A DNA stretch of 60,450 bases, the filler included, from Porpidia crustulata (Eukaryota): NCBI GenBank assembly GCA_964255105.1. It is 8 parts of 8 records of this genome, joined end to end, with 100 filler letters (N's around TTAATTAATTAA, not from the genome) between each part and the next. Parts side by side here need not be neighbours in the genome. Positions count along the whole stretch, not along the records: positions 1 to 7,485 come from CAXUWE010001311.1; positions 7,586 to 15,062 come from CAXUWE010001312.1; 6 more parts are not named here. One strand, 5' to 3'. A model generated the notes under the pieces. That model did no database searches and was not told the origin of the DNA. It saw only the letters and a list, made by a program, of their open reading frames with translations. The position numbers were made by a program, and so were the translations under genes. Shown piece after piece: positions 1 through 11,234 of this stretch (positions are counted from its first letter, which is position 1; each line of letters begins with the position of its first letter).

Positions 1-57
1 GCGTACGAGTAGGCAAAAGGGGGTGTACGTGTAGACAAAGGGGGTGGCCGGTCAGTA
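1..57. mobile_element. Putative DNA-transposon/MITE terminus (internal direct repeats plus flanking TA)
   Basis: Two ~22-bp near-identical tandem units (gtacgagtaggcaaaagggggt / gtacgtgtagacaaagggggt), then GGCCGGTCAG-TA, at a contig start. Confidence 0.3.
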
Positions 58-896
58 TTTCCCTCGTTTATGATCATTGGGAGGGGCAAGGTGGGGTCGA
101 GGAGGTCAATGTCTCAGCCAAGCAAACGAAGGGTCGCCAGGATATCGGGCACCATACCTAACAGAGATTCATGATACCCGGTAAGACCGAAATTTAGACA
201 GGTGGATAGTAACCGGTATAGGTATCGTGTATATCTATCTGGGTTTGTTGCCCAATCCTGCCCGATGAAGGGATACCTCGGCTTAGTTTGAATTGGACAG
301 ATGATCCAATACTGCTCAGCCTTTAATAGGCCAATTGAGCCCTCACTCCATGAACATTGTAAGGTACCAAGGTCGAGAATGATCATGAGGGAACAACATT
401 TGGGTGAACCAAAGTGTGAGAGTTGTCACGAAGCTCAATTGTCTCAACTGGCAATAGCTTCAAAACGTATTGTTGTCGACAGCTCTTTTCAGCTTCAATG
501 CTAGGATTCGGTCAAGGTGATCCCATGATTGAACAATTCTTTTTCTGTTCAATCCACTCCAACGTGCTCATTCAATATGGCGTCATCTATTGATGAACCT
601 TTGGTACTCCAGCTTACGAAGGTGTGGTTTGGTTTTGAGAGTAAGAGAACATACATTGGGCTTTGGCAGTCTAACGTTGAAGATACGTAACTACCAGAGG
701 GGCAGGTGTGTACCACCCATGCACTTACCTCCAATTATGAGCTCGTGAAGCTCGTGCTGAAAATTATATATAATATCGACAAGAATACTCATAACATTTC
801 ATTGTTTCCTTCAATCCCTCTTCTTACAGGATTAATCAAAGTTATTCATCACATATTTCCCTTCATTTTACCGTAGCAATACCCAAATCTACAATT

Positions 897-2102
897 ATGG
901 CACCTAGACGTAAGATTCTATTCGACTTGGCGCACGATTTATTTGGATGCTGGCTGAATGATTCTAGCTCCTTTGATAGCTTCTCAATTCACTTCGCCTT
1001 CGGGTCAGTCTGCTCAAGGTTCTCGCTGCCCTATTGACGTTCGGAGAAGAGTAGGCAAGGCTTGCCGGAGATGCAGGCTGAGAAAGTGCAAAGTAGGTCG
1101 GCAATGGAAGATTTTGAGGGACGTGTACTGAGTTGATCAGTGCGATGGTAAAAGCCCATGCACACGGTGCCAATCCGACGGTGAGATATGTAACTTTGGG
1201 ATACAAAGGACGTCTGATAGGAGGGTTTTTGAGAATGAGTAGGCTATCTAATCTGTTGCACTGATAGGATGGACACTGATCGCAGTAGTTTTGTCCAAGG
1301 CTTGCAGCGGAAAAATGCACAGCTGACACAAGCCCTCCAAGAAATTTATACACACATGCAAAATGGGAGCAAGATGATTCTTCCAGTGGAAACAAACGAG
1401 AAGGGTCAGCCCCAGATACACAGAATACTCGATAGGCTTGGTCTGCTGGATCCGGATGATGAACCTGAAATAATAGTGTTTGATACGCCTGGGGAGGCCA
1501 TAATGCATGTCACGAGACTCAACAACAGGGAACCCACTCAAGTTTTCCGGCAGGCGGACCAGACTCCACCTATCACTCCGCCAAATCAAAATACCTCATT
1601 CTTTTATTGGGACCAAGTTCCCCAGCGGGCGCCCCACGCTCCACCTATCACTCCGCCAAATCAGGATACCTCATTCTCTAATCGGGACCGGGTTCCCCAG
1701 CGGGCACCCCACGCTCCACCTATCACTCCGTCAAATCAAGAAACCTCATTCTCTAATTGGGACCGAGTTCCCAGGGCAGTCTACGAGATGGAACATGCTC
1801 GCCCGATCAGTCAAAATCTGGTAGAGGAGCAAATAAGGAGTAATACCGTCCCATTCAGTCAAACAAGCCAAACAGACCCAGGACTGATGTTTTCAATGCC
1901 GTCGCCAGCACCTGCGTATAACGCTTTGGGTAGAGAGAGCAACACAAGCTTCAATCCAAACTTGAGTACAAGCTTCAATCCAAGCTTCGACTCGAACTTC
2001 AACTCAAGTCTTAATCCAAGCCTTGCCAATGAGTATAACGCTCCGGGTTGGTCAGGAGAATTTTATACATTTCCAGACGTGAGTGGAAATGCAGGGTCAT
2101 AG
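897..2102 (+). CDS. Zn(II)2Cys6 transcription factor, Fcr1-like (3 introns)
   Basis: Hand-spliced with introns 910-967, 1093-1140 and ~1239-1285/88 gives RRRVGKACRRCRLRKCK|CDGKSPCTRCQSDGEICNF, then a coiled coil (FVQGLQRKNAQLTQALQEIY) and GQPQIHRILDRLGLL. This is the layout of small Fcr1-type C6 factors. The ORF track shows only the last exon. Confidence 0.8.
1564..1779 (+). repeat. In-frame 75-bp coding tandem repeat, ~2.9 copies
   Basis: ctccacctatcactccg recurs at 1564, 1639 and 1714; the unit encodes a 25-aa PPITPPNQxTSFxxxDxVPQRAPHA repeat. Confidence 0.95.
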
Positions 2103-2879
2103 AAAACGAAAGCGACGGCGTTTGGGTAGAGGAAACGTAGGCAGGCAGACGGTGAATTACAGGATAGAATCCTTTGTCTGAGTGTCTAAACATGTAAGGC
2201 GTCACACGGAGCTAGGAGTTGGGACTTTTCTTGGCAGCTCGATCTCTCACATTAATCCGATCGACGTTACGCAGCTCACAGGTACAGAGCAGACTCGCGA
2301 GATTAGGTACCTAGACAGTTGAAGGCTCACAAAGCAGCGACTTGAAATTATCTGATAGAGTCCAGCCCACTCCCAAAGTCTTGTGTTCAACCTTGAGCTC
2401 AAGAAAACCGAGTTCTGGGTGGGAAATCACATCTGCGCTAGAAGGATGTGGGCTATCTGTACTTGCCTGTGACAAACGAACAGACTTGACATGAGGAATT
2501 GAGCACATGAGCACCAGAGAGAATACCCAAGTACACCTTGCATTCATCGAGGAGATCTGATATGTAGGTGATGCTGAGAAAGGAAAGCACCAGGGATGAG
2601 ATGGGACTGTAGGCCGCAAAGAGCCCGCAATAGCTAGTCTGATTAGCTGCGATTGGTGATTAAGATATGCTGCGCGTGAGTGTGATTCTGAAAAATTGGG
2701 AAGAGGGGATTCACGAATCATCCTGATGAGCTTAGAATTGGTTCACACTTGATATTGGGGGATTGCTGGGGGAATTCGGTGTTGAGCGTGTTGCTGCTGA
2801 TGTAGTCCGAACTGTTGAGACGTGGAAGGTACAGTGCGTGCCCATGATGGTGGGTTGGTAGATTTGTGTGTGAGTAGTT

Positions 2880-3150
2880 TGGCAGGTAGGTAAGGTATGT
2901 TGATAGTGGTTGAGCGCAAGCTTAGGGTAAGGACGCAAAGGACGCGACTAAGGTACCATGGTACCAAGAGGTACGTAAGCATGTAGGCACGTAAGCACGT
3001 AAGGTGCACGTAAGGTAGGTATGAAAGGCGTGCAGACATGGTAGCGTAGGCCGGAGAATTAAGTTTGACTAATGAAGACTGGGCGCACTGTGCACTAGCT
3101 TCCCGGTTACGTAGGGTGCTACCTAGGTAAGGTAAGGTAGGTAGGTACCA
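2880..3150. repeat. Low-complexity GTAAG/GTAG/ACGT-rich tract with a 14-bp palindrome
   Basis: Repeated cgtaag/gtaggt units; perfect palindrome GGTACCATGGTACC at 2952-2965. Confidence 0.6.
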
Positions 3151-3826
3151 AACTAATCCCTATGCCAGACTACCTATCTAAGGAATTAATCTCAGTTCTC
3201 ATCTGCATAGTCGCCACTACACAGAGATCACGAACCTACGAACTAAACAATCAATTTGGTGATCCTATCATTTCTACTACATTAGAATTTTCTCATCGCA
3301 TACATCTTAAATTGGATCCCGAGCCCTATGGCTGCTTTGCTGTTAGAAGGCTTACAGCCACGTACAATTCGATCAGTTGGAACCCTCACAGCAGTCCTGG
3401 CGCATTTGCTCGCTAAATCTTCCTGAGCTGGGCTTGAGTTGTTGCGGGCATAGTAAATTTCAGTGTCGCAGCGTGGAATAGTGTCCGTAGTATATGTAGC
3501 GACAGCATTCAAAGAATTGGTTTGGTTCGACTACTTCTATTGTGCATGATTGTTGATATCAAGCTACTTACCTCTGGCTACCTTGTCGGCAATTGCGTGC
3601 CCCTGATACGAATCCACGAGTTGCTTGAAGTTTTCATGGTGTCACAGCACATATAGAGACTAGACGCTATCTGGTTTTGACTGACACTGTGTCGTCCGCT
3701 ATTCCATCGATAGAGAGAAAAGAAGCCGTGGACATTATAGAAACCGTCTCCTCTCTGGCGGTACACTGATAATCCTCTTGCGCGGGTCTGTCCATCTTCG
3801 CCTTCCGAAGGAGACCGGGGCAAATC

Positions 3827-6800
3827 ATGGCAGATTTAGAGCTTACTTTAGCTTGGCTGGAAATGCCTCAGTATTTGGATCGATTGGTCCGTGCTGGCTT
3901 TGAATCTTGGGAGACCATGTTAGAGATCACCGAACAAGATCTAGAGAGTCTCCATGTAGAATTGGGCCATCGAAGAATACTGCAGAGGGAAATAGCCAAT
4001 ACACGCAGACTCTCACGAAATCCTGCGTTTGTGACTCCGCAGTATGATATCCCATTCACCGGGAAGAAGCCCAAATCCTTAAGCAGATCAGCGTCCACCA
4101 AAGAGGATGTTTCTGAAACTGTTCCTGAGAAGCGGGGATATAGGCACCACCCAAAACCGGATGCAAACGCACCGGAACGTCCATATTCTGCCTACGTCCT
4201 GTTTTCTAACAAAATGAGGGAGGATCTTAAAGATCAATCTTTATCTTTCACAGAAATTTCAAGGAGGGTAGGGGATAGGTGGCAGACAATGCCGCATGGG
4301 GAGAAAGAGTTTTGGAAACAGAAACCTGCCGCGCCCTGGGTCAAATTTAAATCCGACCTAGCCGAATACCAAAAGACGGAGAATTATAGGGAGTACCTGG
4401 AGTACCTTATAGAATTCAAAGCCGCCCACGCAACGAAGAAAAAGGCTGATGCGCAACGTAAATTATCACGTAACAAACCGTCCGCGGCTATTCCAAGCGT
4501 TTCCCAACCAAAATCAGGGTCCTCATCTAGGGATTCATCGACATTCAAGCCCTTACAGGCTGTCCCAGTAGCCAATCAAATGGCCCCTCCAGCATCTCAA
4601 ACCAGGGAGGCCAAAAGTGAAGACTCGAGATTACCCATCAGTCGAGTGAGAAAGGAAAATGATCCGGGTGGCGTAAACTTGCAGTCTTTACGTGTCGCTC
4701 AGGCTTGTGATCCTTGCAGACAGAGGAAAACGAAATGTCATGGAGAAAAGCCAGTTTGTAGACACTGTCAGGAATTAAACATTGAATGCTACTATGGGGA
4801 AGTGAGGAGAGACAAGGAAAGAAAGTGAGGCCAAGTCTGACAAGGTTACCTAGAACCCCGCTGACTTGAATGAAGGCTGCTGCAGGATCTTTGGCGGAAA
4901 GCAAATGCGTACGAAGAGTTACTCCTCCGGTTCTTGCATCAGGTGGATAATGATGACCAGTCTACGATCCAACAGTGTTTGCTGCTGGTATGCTCACTAA
5001 ATCTACTTAGATTTTCTAAGCTTATCTGCGTAGCCACCACACCTTGAGGAGTTCAACAACTCAGTGGTTGCCACTCCGCGAAGTAGTAGCAACAGTAATC
5101 GCGTTAGTGAGTTTGGCGGCGGTGAATCCACGGCATCTGGTGTTGGGTCCATGGGATCTACAGATCACGCAAACGAAGAGAATTTCACCCAAGGCGAGAG
5201 CGATAAAAACCCACAGGCCTTTGTTGGGCAAGCTTCGGAGATTCGATGGATGCAGCGATTGGAAAAAGAATTAACCGGTGTAGCAAATAGAGAATTTGAC
5301 AGAGAAGCTCAACAAAATTATGATGTCCCAGCGTCGTCAAAGGGTAGGGAGCGATGTGGCAATCCTGTTCAAGCCCAAAATCCAACTCCGTATCCGGAGG
5401 ATATGGATACTTCGATCATTGGAGATCAGCTAGATCCATTCGATGTACCTGTCAGATCTACTGCCGATGGGCTGGTTGACTCATATTTCAGAACTGTTCA
5501 TCCGTCATTTCCAGTCCTTGATAAGGTATACTTTACAGATCAGTACAATGCATATTTTAACAGTGCAGACCCGCCAAATTTCAAAGACAGAAACTTTATT
5601 GCCTTACTTCAGCTCGTGCTTGCCATTGGAGCCGTCCATGCCCACTTGACTGGAGCAGACTGGGCTGGAGATGATAGAGATCATTTGTTGTACTTTGCAA
5701 AAGCAAGGATGTTAGGCATTGATACGGGCATTCTGAATGACATGGCATACTTGGGCCAGGTACAGGTGTTTGGTCTAGGTGGCATGTATTTGATGGTTAC
5801 GGATCAAATCAATAGGTTCGTGTCGGTCTGAATTAACCATTTATACTGATCAATTTGGTAGAGCCTGGAATATCGTGGGCCTTGCCCTACGGTCCGCGCA
5901 GTCTCTTGGAATGCACCTGATCAATACTACTCCAACCTTGACAGACCAACAGAAGCACCATCGAGCAAGGGTCTGGTATGCTATATTGACATTGGAAAGG
6001 AACATCACAGTCATCACAGGTCGGCCGTCTATGGTACGTGATCGGGATTGCAGCATAGCAATGCCTTTATCAACAGCGGAAGATGAGCCTTTCAATAAGT
6101 TTACAACTCCGCAACCGGCAAATCTGGTATCTTCTCAAGATTTCGGATATCGAACATCGACATCGCCTTCGTCCCCTCCCATACAAGGAGCTTTCGGCAC
6201 CAAACAATCAGACCTATCAAAAATCGGCAACTCGGGCGCCTACTTCTTCCACTATGTTCATCTAACAACGCTGATGCAGCAAACCCTAGCTCGACTTTAC
6301 TGTCCCGCGATTCGTCACATGAAATGGTCTGAAATCCAACGCCGAATCGAGGAGCTTGACGGTAAACTTCTTCAATTCAATGCCACCCTTCCTAGACCCT
6401 TTAACATCGAACATCCATCTCAAGACCCCGAATCCGAATCCTATCGTATTGCCTTGGCGATTCTTTCCCACAGCACCCGCACCATCATCAATCGCCCTTG
6501 CCTCTGCCGCCTTGACCGCCGAATCACAGACCAATCGGCCCATTCCAACCACCTCAACCACGTCGCGGCAAACAAATGCGTCTCCTCTGCCCGCGCCGTC
6601 CTCCAAATCATCTCCAACAAACCCCACAACACAATTCTCCATCGCGGCACCCTCTGGTGGATGATCCTCCATTCCATTAAACGTGCCGCTACTACTGTTC
6701 TGCTCGAACTCGCCTTCCGCGCAGAACACATGCCCTCCGAGGCCGAAGATATCCTCTCGGAAGCGAAAACAGCCATCAATTGGCTCCGCGGCATGGCTAT

Positions 6801-7233
6801 CTCCGATAACGCCGCTCGCCGCACTTGGATCAAGCTGAGCCACCTACTCCGCCTCGCCGCCCAGAAAATCGGCGGCGACGCCTCCGAGGTCCTTTCCGCA
6901 CCGACCTCGCAGTTCGGCGAGACCAGACCCTTTGGGTCCATGATCCAGCAGCCACCTCACACGCCATCCGACGCGTTCGACCCGAATGTCTGGCAGCCGT
7001 TGGACAATTATTACACCGGTCATTTCTTCGGCGATCAGGGAACCTCGGAACACGATCAATATGGTCTCTTCCATCCGAACCTGTTTGCGCCCATGGACGA
7101 GCTATCGGAGATGAGTGGATTCCCGCAGATGGAAGGGCAGCAGGCTCCGGATAGCGGGGACCAAGACTTGTGGAACCCGAACCCGACCCATCCGCCTCTC
7201 GGGGGCTGGCCAGGTCATTTTGGCGGTCCCTGA
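3827..7233 (+). CDS. Multidomain transcription factor: SAM + HMG-box + Zn2Cys6 + fungal-specific TF (Fungal_trans) domain, ~1087 aa
   Basis: Exons 3827-4824, 4876-4987, 5034-5815 and 5862-7233 join in frame through GT-AG introns. SAM (QYLDRLVRAGFESWETMLEITEQDLESLHVELGHRRILQ); HMG (HPKPDANAPERPYSAYVLFSNKMRE...RVGDRWQ); CDPCRQRKTKCHGEKPVCRHCQELNIEC; YFRTVHPSFPVL and NRAWNIVGLALRSAQSLGMH. Confidence 0.85.
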
Positions 7234-7485
7234 GAGTGCGAAGCAGATGTAGGAGTAGAGTCGCTGGGCATTTTCTCGACACCGAAACTTCCCATTTCAT
7301 TACTACTTATAGCTACCATCTTACCCATCTCGATCTTTTACGGCCTTTTCCTTTTTCCTTTGGAACCCGAGACGGAGCGTAGAGTTTAATGGTTGGTGGG
7401 ATGAAGATACCCCTTGGCGATTTATTTTTACTTTTGCGCCTCGGCGGGGTTGATGTGGCCTGAGCTTGACGGGGCGGTTTTTGGG

Positions 7486-7585
7486 NNNNNNNNNNNNNNN
7501 NNNNNNNNNNNNNNNNNNNNNNNNNNNNNTTAATTAATTAANNNNNNNNNNNNNNNNNNNNNNNNNNNNNNNNNNNNNNNNNNNN
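7486..7585. other. Artificial contig linker
   Basis: N44-TTAATTAATTAA-N44, a six-frame stop linker. Confidence 0.99.
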
Positions 7586-9604
7586 CTGCAACCCAACGCA
7601 ATACCTCATAAACAGCGTGTCCAAAAAATGCTCATGCCGTATCCCCGGCGGTCTCTTGTCCCCAAACTCGTGGATTGCCCGCTGCACCGTGAAGCCTTCC
7701 TTCTCGATCAGGTAGGCGCAGATGAAGAAGCCGGTCCGGTTGAAGCCGTAGTGGCAATGCACGCCGACGAGGGGTGACTCGCTGGGGTCGGACGGCGTTA
7801 GTTCGGTGGGTGGCGGTTGGGATTTGGAGGAGCTGCGCAGGCGGTCGACGAGTCTAATGAAGTCGCGCACCTCCTCCGCGGTTGGCGGGATCTTGGATAC
7901 CGTGGGGAATTTGTTGTACTTGATGCCGCCGGCGTCCAACGCTTTGGGGTCGTACACGGGGCTCTCGTGGCTGATGTCCACCACGGCCTTGATGCGGCCG
8001 CCCCACTGCCGTACAAACACCTCCGGGCTGTGCGTTTCGTCGATTTCGCGCAAGGTCTTCATTGCTCGGAAAATACCGGCGATAGGCTCCGAAACTGGTG
8101 TGACGGCTTGCCATTTGGCGAGGTTCTTCACATCCCATTTGCCCTCAGTGGACAGGTGCTGCAGCTGCCAGCCGAGGGAGAGGCGGGAGTCGACGTGGGC
8201 GGCGAGGAATGTTTGGATGAGGCCGGCTAAAGTGCGGTAGGTGGCGGGGTCGTAAAGGAGGGCGTGGGAGGCGGGAGCAGGAAGGATCGTGGTTTTGAGG
8301 ACTTGACGTCTTTTGGTGAAGGTAAAAGGGTCATTAGGAATTTGGCTCGTGGTCTCTTCGTTGTCCCCCACGGCTATAGGATCCGTTTCCGACGTCCTTT
8401 GCGGTTGGTTTCTCTTCCTACTGAGTGGTTCTGGATTTCGTTTTTCGTCATCGCCCTGCTTCTCTGCTTCTCCCGGGGGCGGCCGATCGGCTTTGATAAT
8501 GGCTTGAACAATTTTGGCAACCTCTCCCGGCTTCGTAATGCTGTCAGCTTCACCGGCGACTAGAAAAAGAGGCATGGTAAGACCTTCCCAAACCTCGAGT
8601 CCTGGCATCCCTCCGCGGACCTCGGTACCAGATATTTTTCTTGGCAAACACCCCCATGCCATCCTGCGCCAGACTGCCGTGCGACTCTGCGTATTGAATC
8701 TTTCTTGCAGCTTCTTTGTTTCTATATCCGCATGTGGCCCAACGAAACGAGCGACACTTGCGCTTTCCGGGCCCCCTCTCCTGTCCCAACTTCGCCATAT
8801 GTCGAATATAGGAGTCGGCACGCGAAGTAATCGTCGATAGGTTGTAACTTGCTCCTCTGAGGGCGGCGTGGCCGACGGGCAGATTGCCAAAAGAGCAAGC
8901 ACGTCAATTCCTTCCGCATATACTGGAGACGTCGTAGAAGCGAGGAGTGAGGAGAGGGAACATCCTAAACTGTGTCCCACCAATACTATTCCTTGATTTG
9001 CTTCATCTTCGCGGTGCTCTTTTATGACTTCGGCAAGCAATCCGGCCAATGCCTCTATTGTGTAGTATTCCCACGCTACTGGCGAAAACTTAGAGAGACC
9101 ACAACCAGGTAGGTCTATGCCAAGGCACGGAGCAACGTTGACCAAGCTGGTGATAAGCGGGTGGAATTGTGCCAATGAACCCCCAAGGCCATGTATGAAC
9201 ACGAGGAGAGGAAGGGGTGTTGGTTTGCACGGAAGCTTATCGGCTTGAGGGTGTGGCCGATAGAACGTTCGAATTGATGGGTAGGTTGCAATGGAAGTAG
9301 TGTAAGACCTTATGCTTGAGTGCTTCCGCAGCAAACCCGGATCGCTCTTTTCTGCATCTATGATTTGCAAGATCGATGACATACTGTTCAGCACTTTCCA
9401 AGGTTCCTCCAGAAAACACTTTCACCCACCTGTTCTCAAGCTCCGGCTGATCTCCCGGGATGATTCCTTGGGGCTATCGAAACCGTTCCGAGCCTCGCTT
9501 CCCAACAGTTTTACTGCTTTTGAGTCCTTCTGTGGTGCTTGTCGTCGCTGCTTCCAATGCCTGAAACCCCCAATCAAGGTGCATGCTGCTATCAGCTGCA
9601 CCAT
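7586..9604 (-). CDS. Alpha/beta hydrolase fused to a cysteine-based dual-specificity/RNA-triphosphatase-like phosphatase (3' end truncated by contig end; start uncertain, possibly 9844)
   Basis: FIHGLGG, IDLPGCG and the GHSLG nucleophile elbow, then a C-terminal VHCHYGFNRTG (HCx5R). A phase-1 intron at ~9359-9429 links the upstream exon. Confidence 0.85.
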
Positions 9605-11234
9605 GTCCCACACCCCTAATTGACCACCAATTGCTCGTGCATAATGCTTGCGTGTCAGGGCTGTGAGTATGTGAAAAGAGCAACGAAAGCGTTGTTGAAG
9701 TTCATTGAGTGTAGAGTCTGAGATTTGTCCTAGTTGTGAATCAAATGTCCGTGTAGCTTCTGTCAGTTTTGTAATACCGAAGGACAGAGAGAAAAGAACG
9801 AAAAAGCTGTGAGCTGCGATCAAGCCTTTTGGCCATGTCGCCATTTTGCACAACGGAGGGATTAAACGGCCAGGTAAATGCTAGAGAGCCAATGGCAGGC
9901 GCGGGAAGGCCCAGCTGCAGCAGTCGCTGGCTACAGATGTACCCCCAAACCAATGATAGCTCGCTTTAGACAGTTCCCAGGCGGTTCACGGACAGTCCCT
10001 GCCTTGATAGTACCGAGCTTGGAAACAGGCAGTTGATAGGGATTTCGGTAAGACTCATGCAGAGATGTCTGCGCTTCGGCACGATCTCCTTTCGGTTCCA
10101 GTTTATGAGGAAGACGTAGTCATTGCTAGGAACACTTTATTCCCAGGACCAATGATTGTGTACAGAGTAATCCCAATGGTTTGGGTGAGGATTTCCAAGC
10201 TGTTACTCCCGTTGCAGCAGTCAATACACTATTGAACGCTCGCATGAGCAGTCTGCGACCTGTCGCCCTCGGGCTTTTCAGATTATTCGATTGGCTGCAG
10301 TCCGTGCTGACTGCCAGCAACACCTCAGGGGTAAGAAGATCAGGGCGTTACAGCGGTATGCTGTGGGTGGCTATATGGGGGTTTGGAAAGAGAAGTTTCT
10401 ACGTTTCGATCTTTTGATCTTTCAACACCCTCCAATCACGCCCTAATCTCGATACTGCAGAAAACAGCAACAACGATCTACCACCCGGCAATGGGCGACG
10501 AGGCTAGAATAAGTATTATTGCTGCCAAGGTTGAAGCGTCTAGCTTACAAATGTCTGTTACTCGTACTATTGGATCCGTGGGGAAGTGTTTACTCCATTG
10601 TGGACTGTCGAAATTCGGCTCCCCAAGAGTAAAAGTATCAGCAGGCAGTGGAACCCACGTCGCAGATACGGGAGTCACTATCATTGTTACTACGACCATT
10701 ACGAGACTGTGATACTACTGTTATTTGTTATGGCTATCGATTGTACGATGTATAGAATTTGTGTTTTACTTTTGCCACAAGGTTGCCCTAAGTGGATGGG
10801 TAAGGTAGTTCGAGCCTGATAGCCACATAGCCTGCCACCTGCGTACTGCGGAGTCTCCCACCATCCACTGCCTAACTGCCTAACCACCTACCAGTGCTAC
10901 CTTTACCCTGCCTTAATCCACTGAACCTTCTCCCCGGTCTTCGGCTTTCACTACACCGCAAATTAAGCATAGCACGAGACATCGTGAACTTTTTATTTCT
11001 CTATAACCGCATCAATCATGCCAGACTGAATTTTCCAAGCTTTCTTCGGACACTGTATTCTAGAACATGTGCATGCAGCTCTATATATAATATCTTCTCT
11101 TTTGGGTAAATTCTTCTTCAATATATTATCAAATTCGCTTTACCATTCCGTCTGATTCCGTACCATCTCCCTTCTTCTTCTTCTACTTCTTCCTCTCTCT
11201 GGGTAGTGCTGTGGCTTGAAGACCGCTTGTCACA

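Noticed and set aside
1564..1779. CRISPR-like repeat array
   Set aside because: The whole 75-bp unit repeats with no unique spacers, it is in-frame coding sequence, and the host is eukaryotic.
2722..2760. Hammerhead ribozyme core (CTGATGAG)
   Set aside because: No suitably placed GAAA or flanking stems.
6286..8563. Many overlapping antisense and alternative-frame ORFs
   Set aside because: Shadow ORFs of GC-rich coding sequence of real genes; no recognisable domains.
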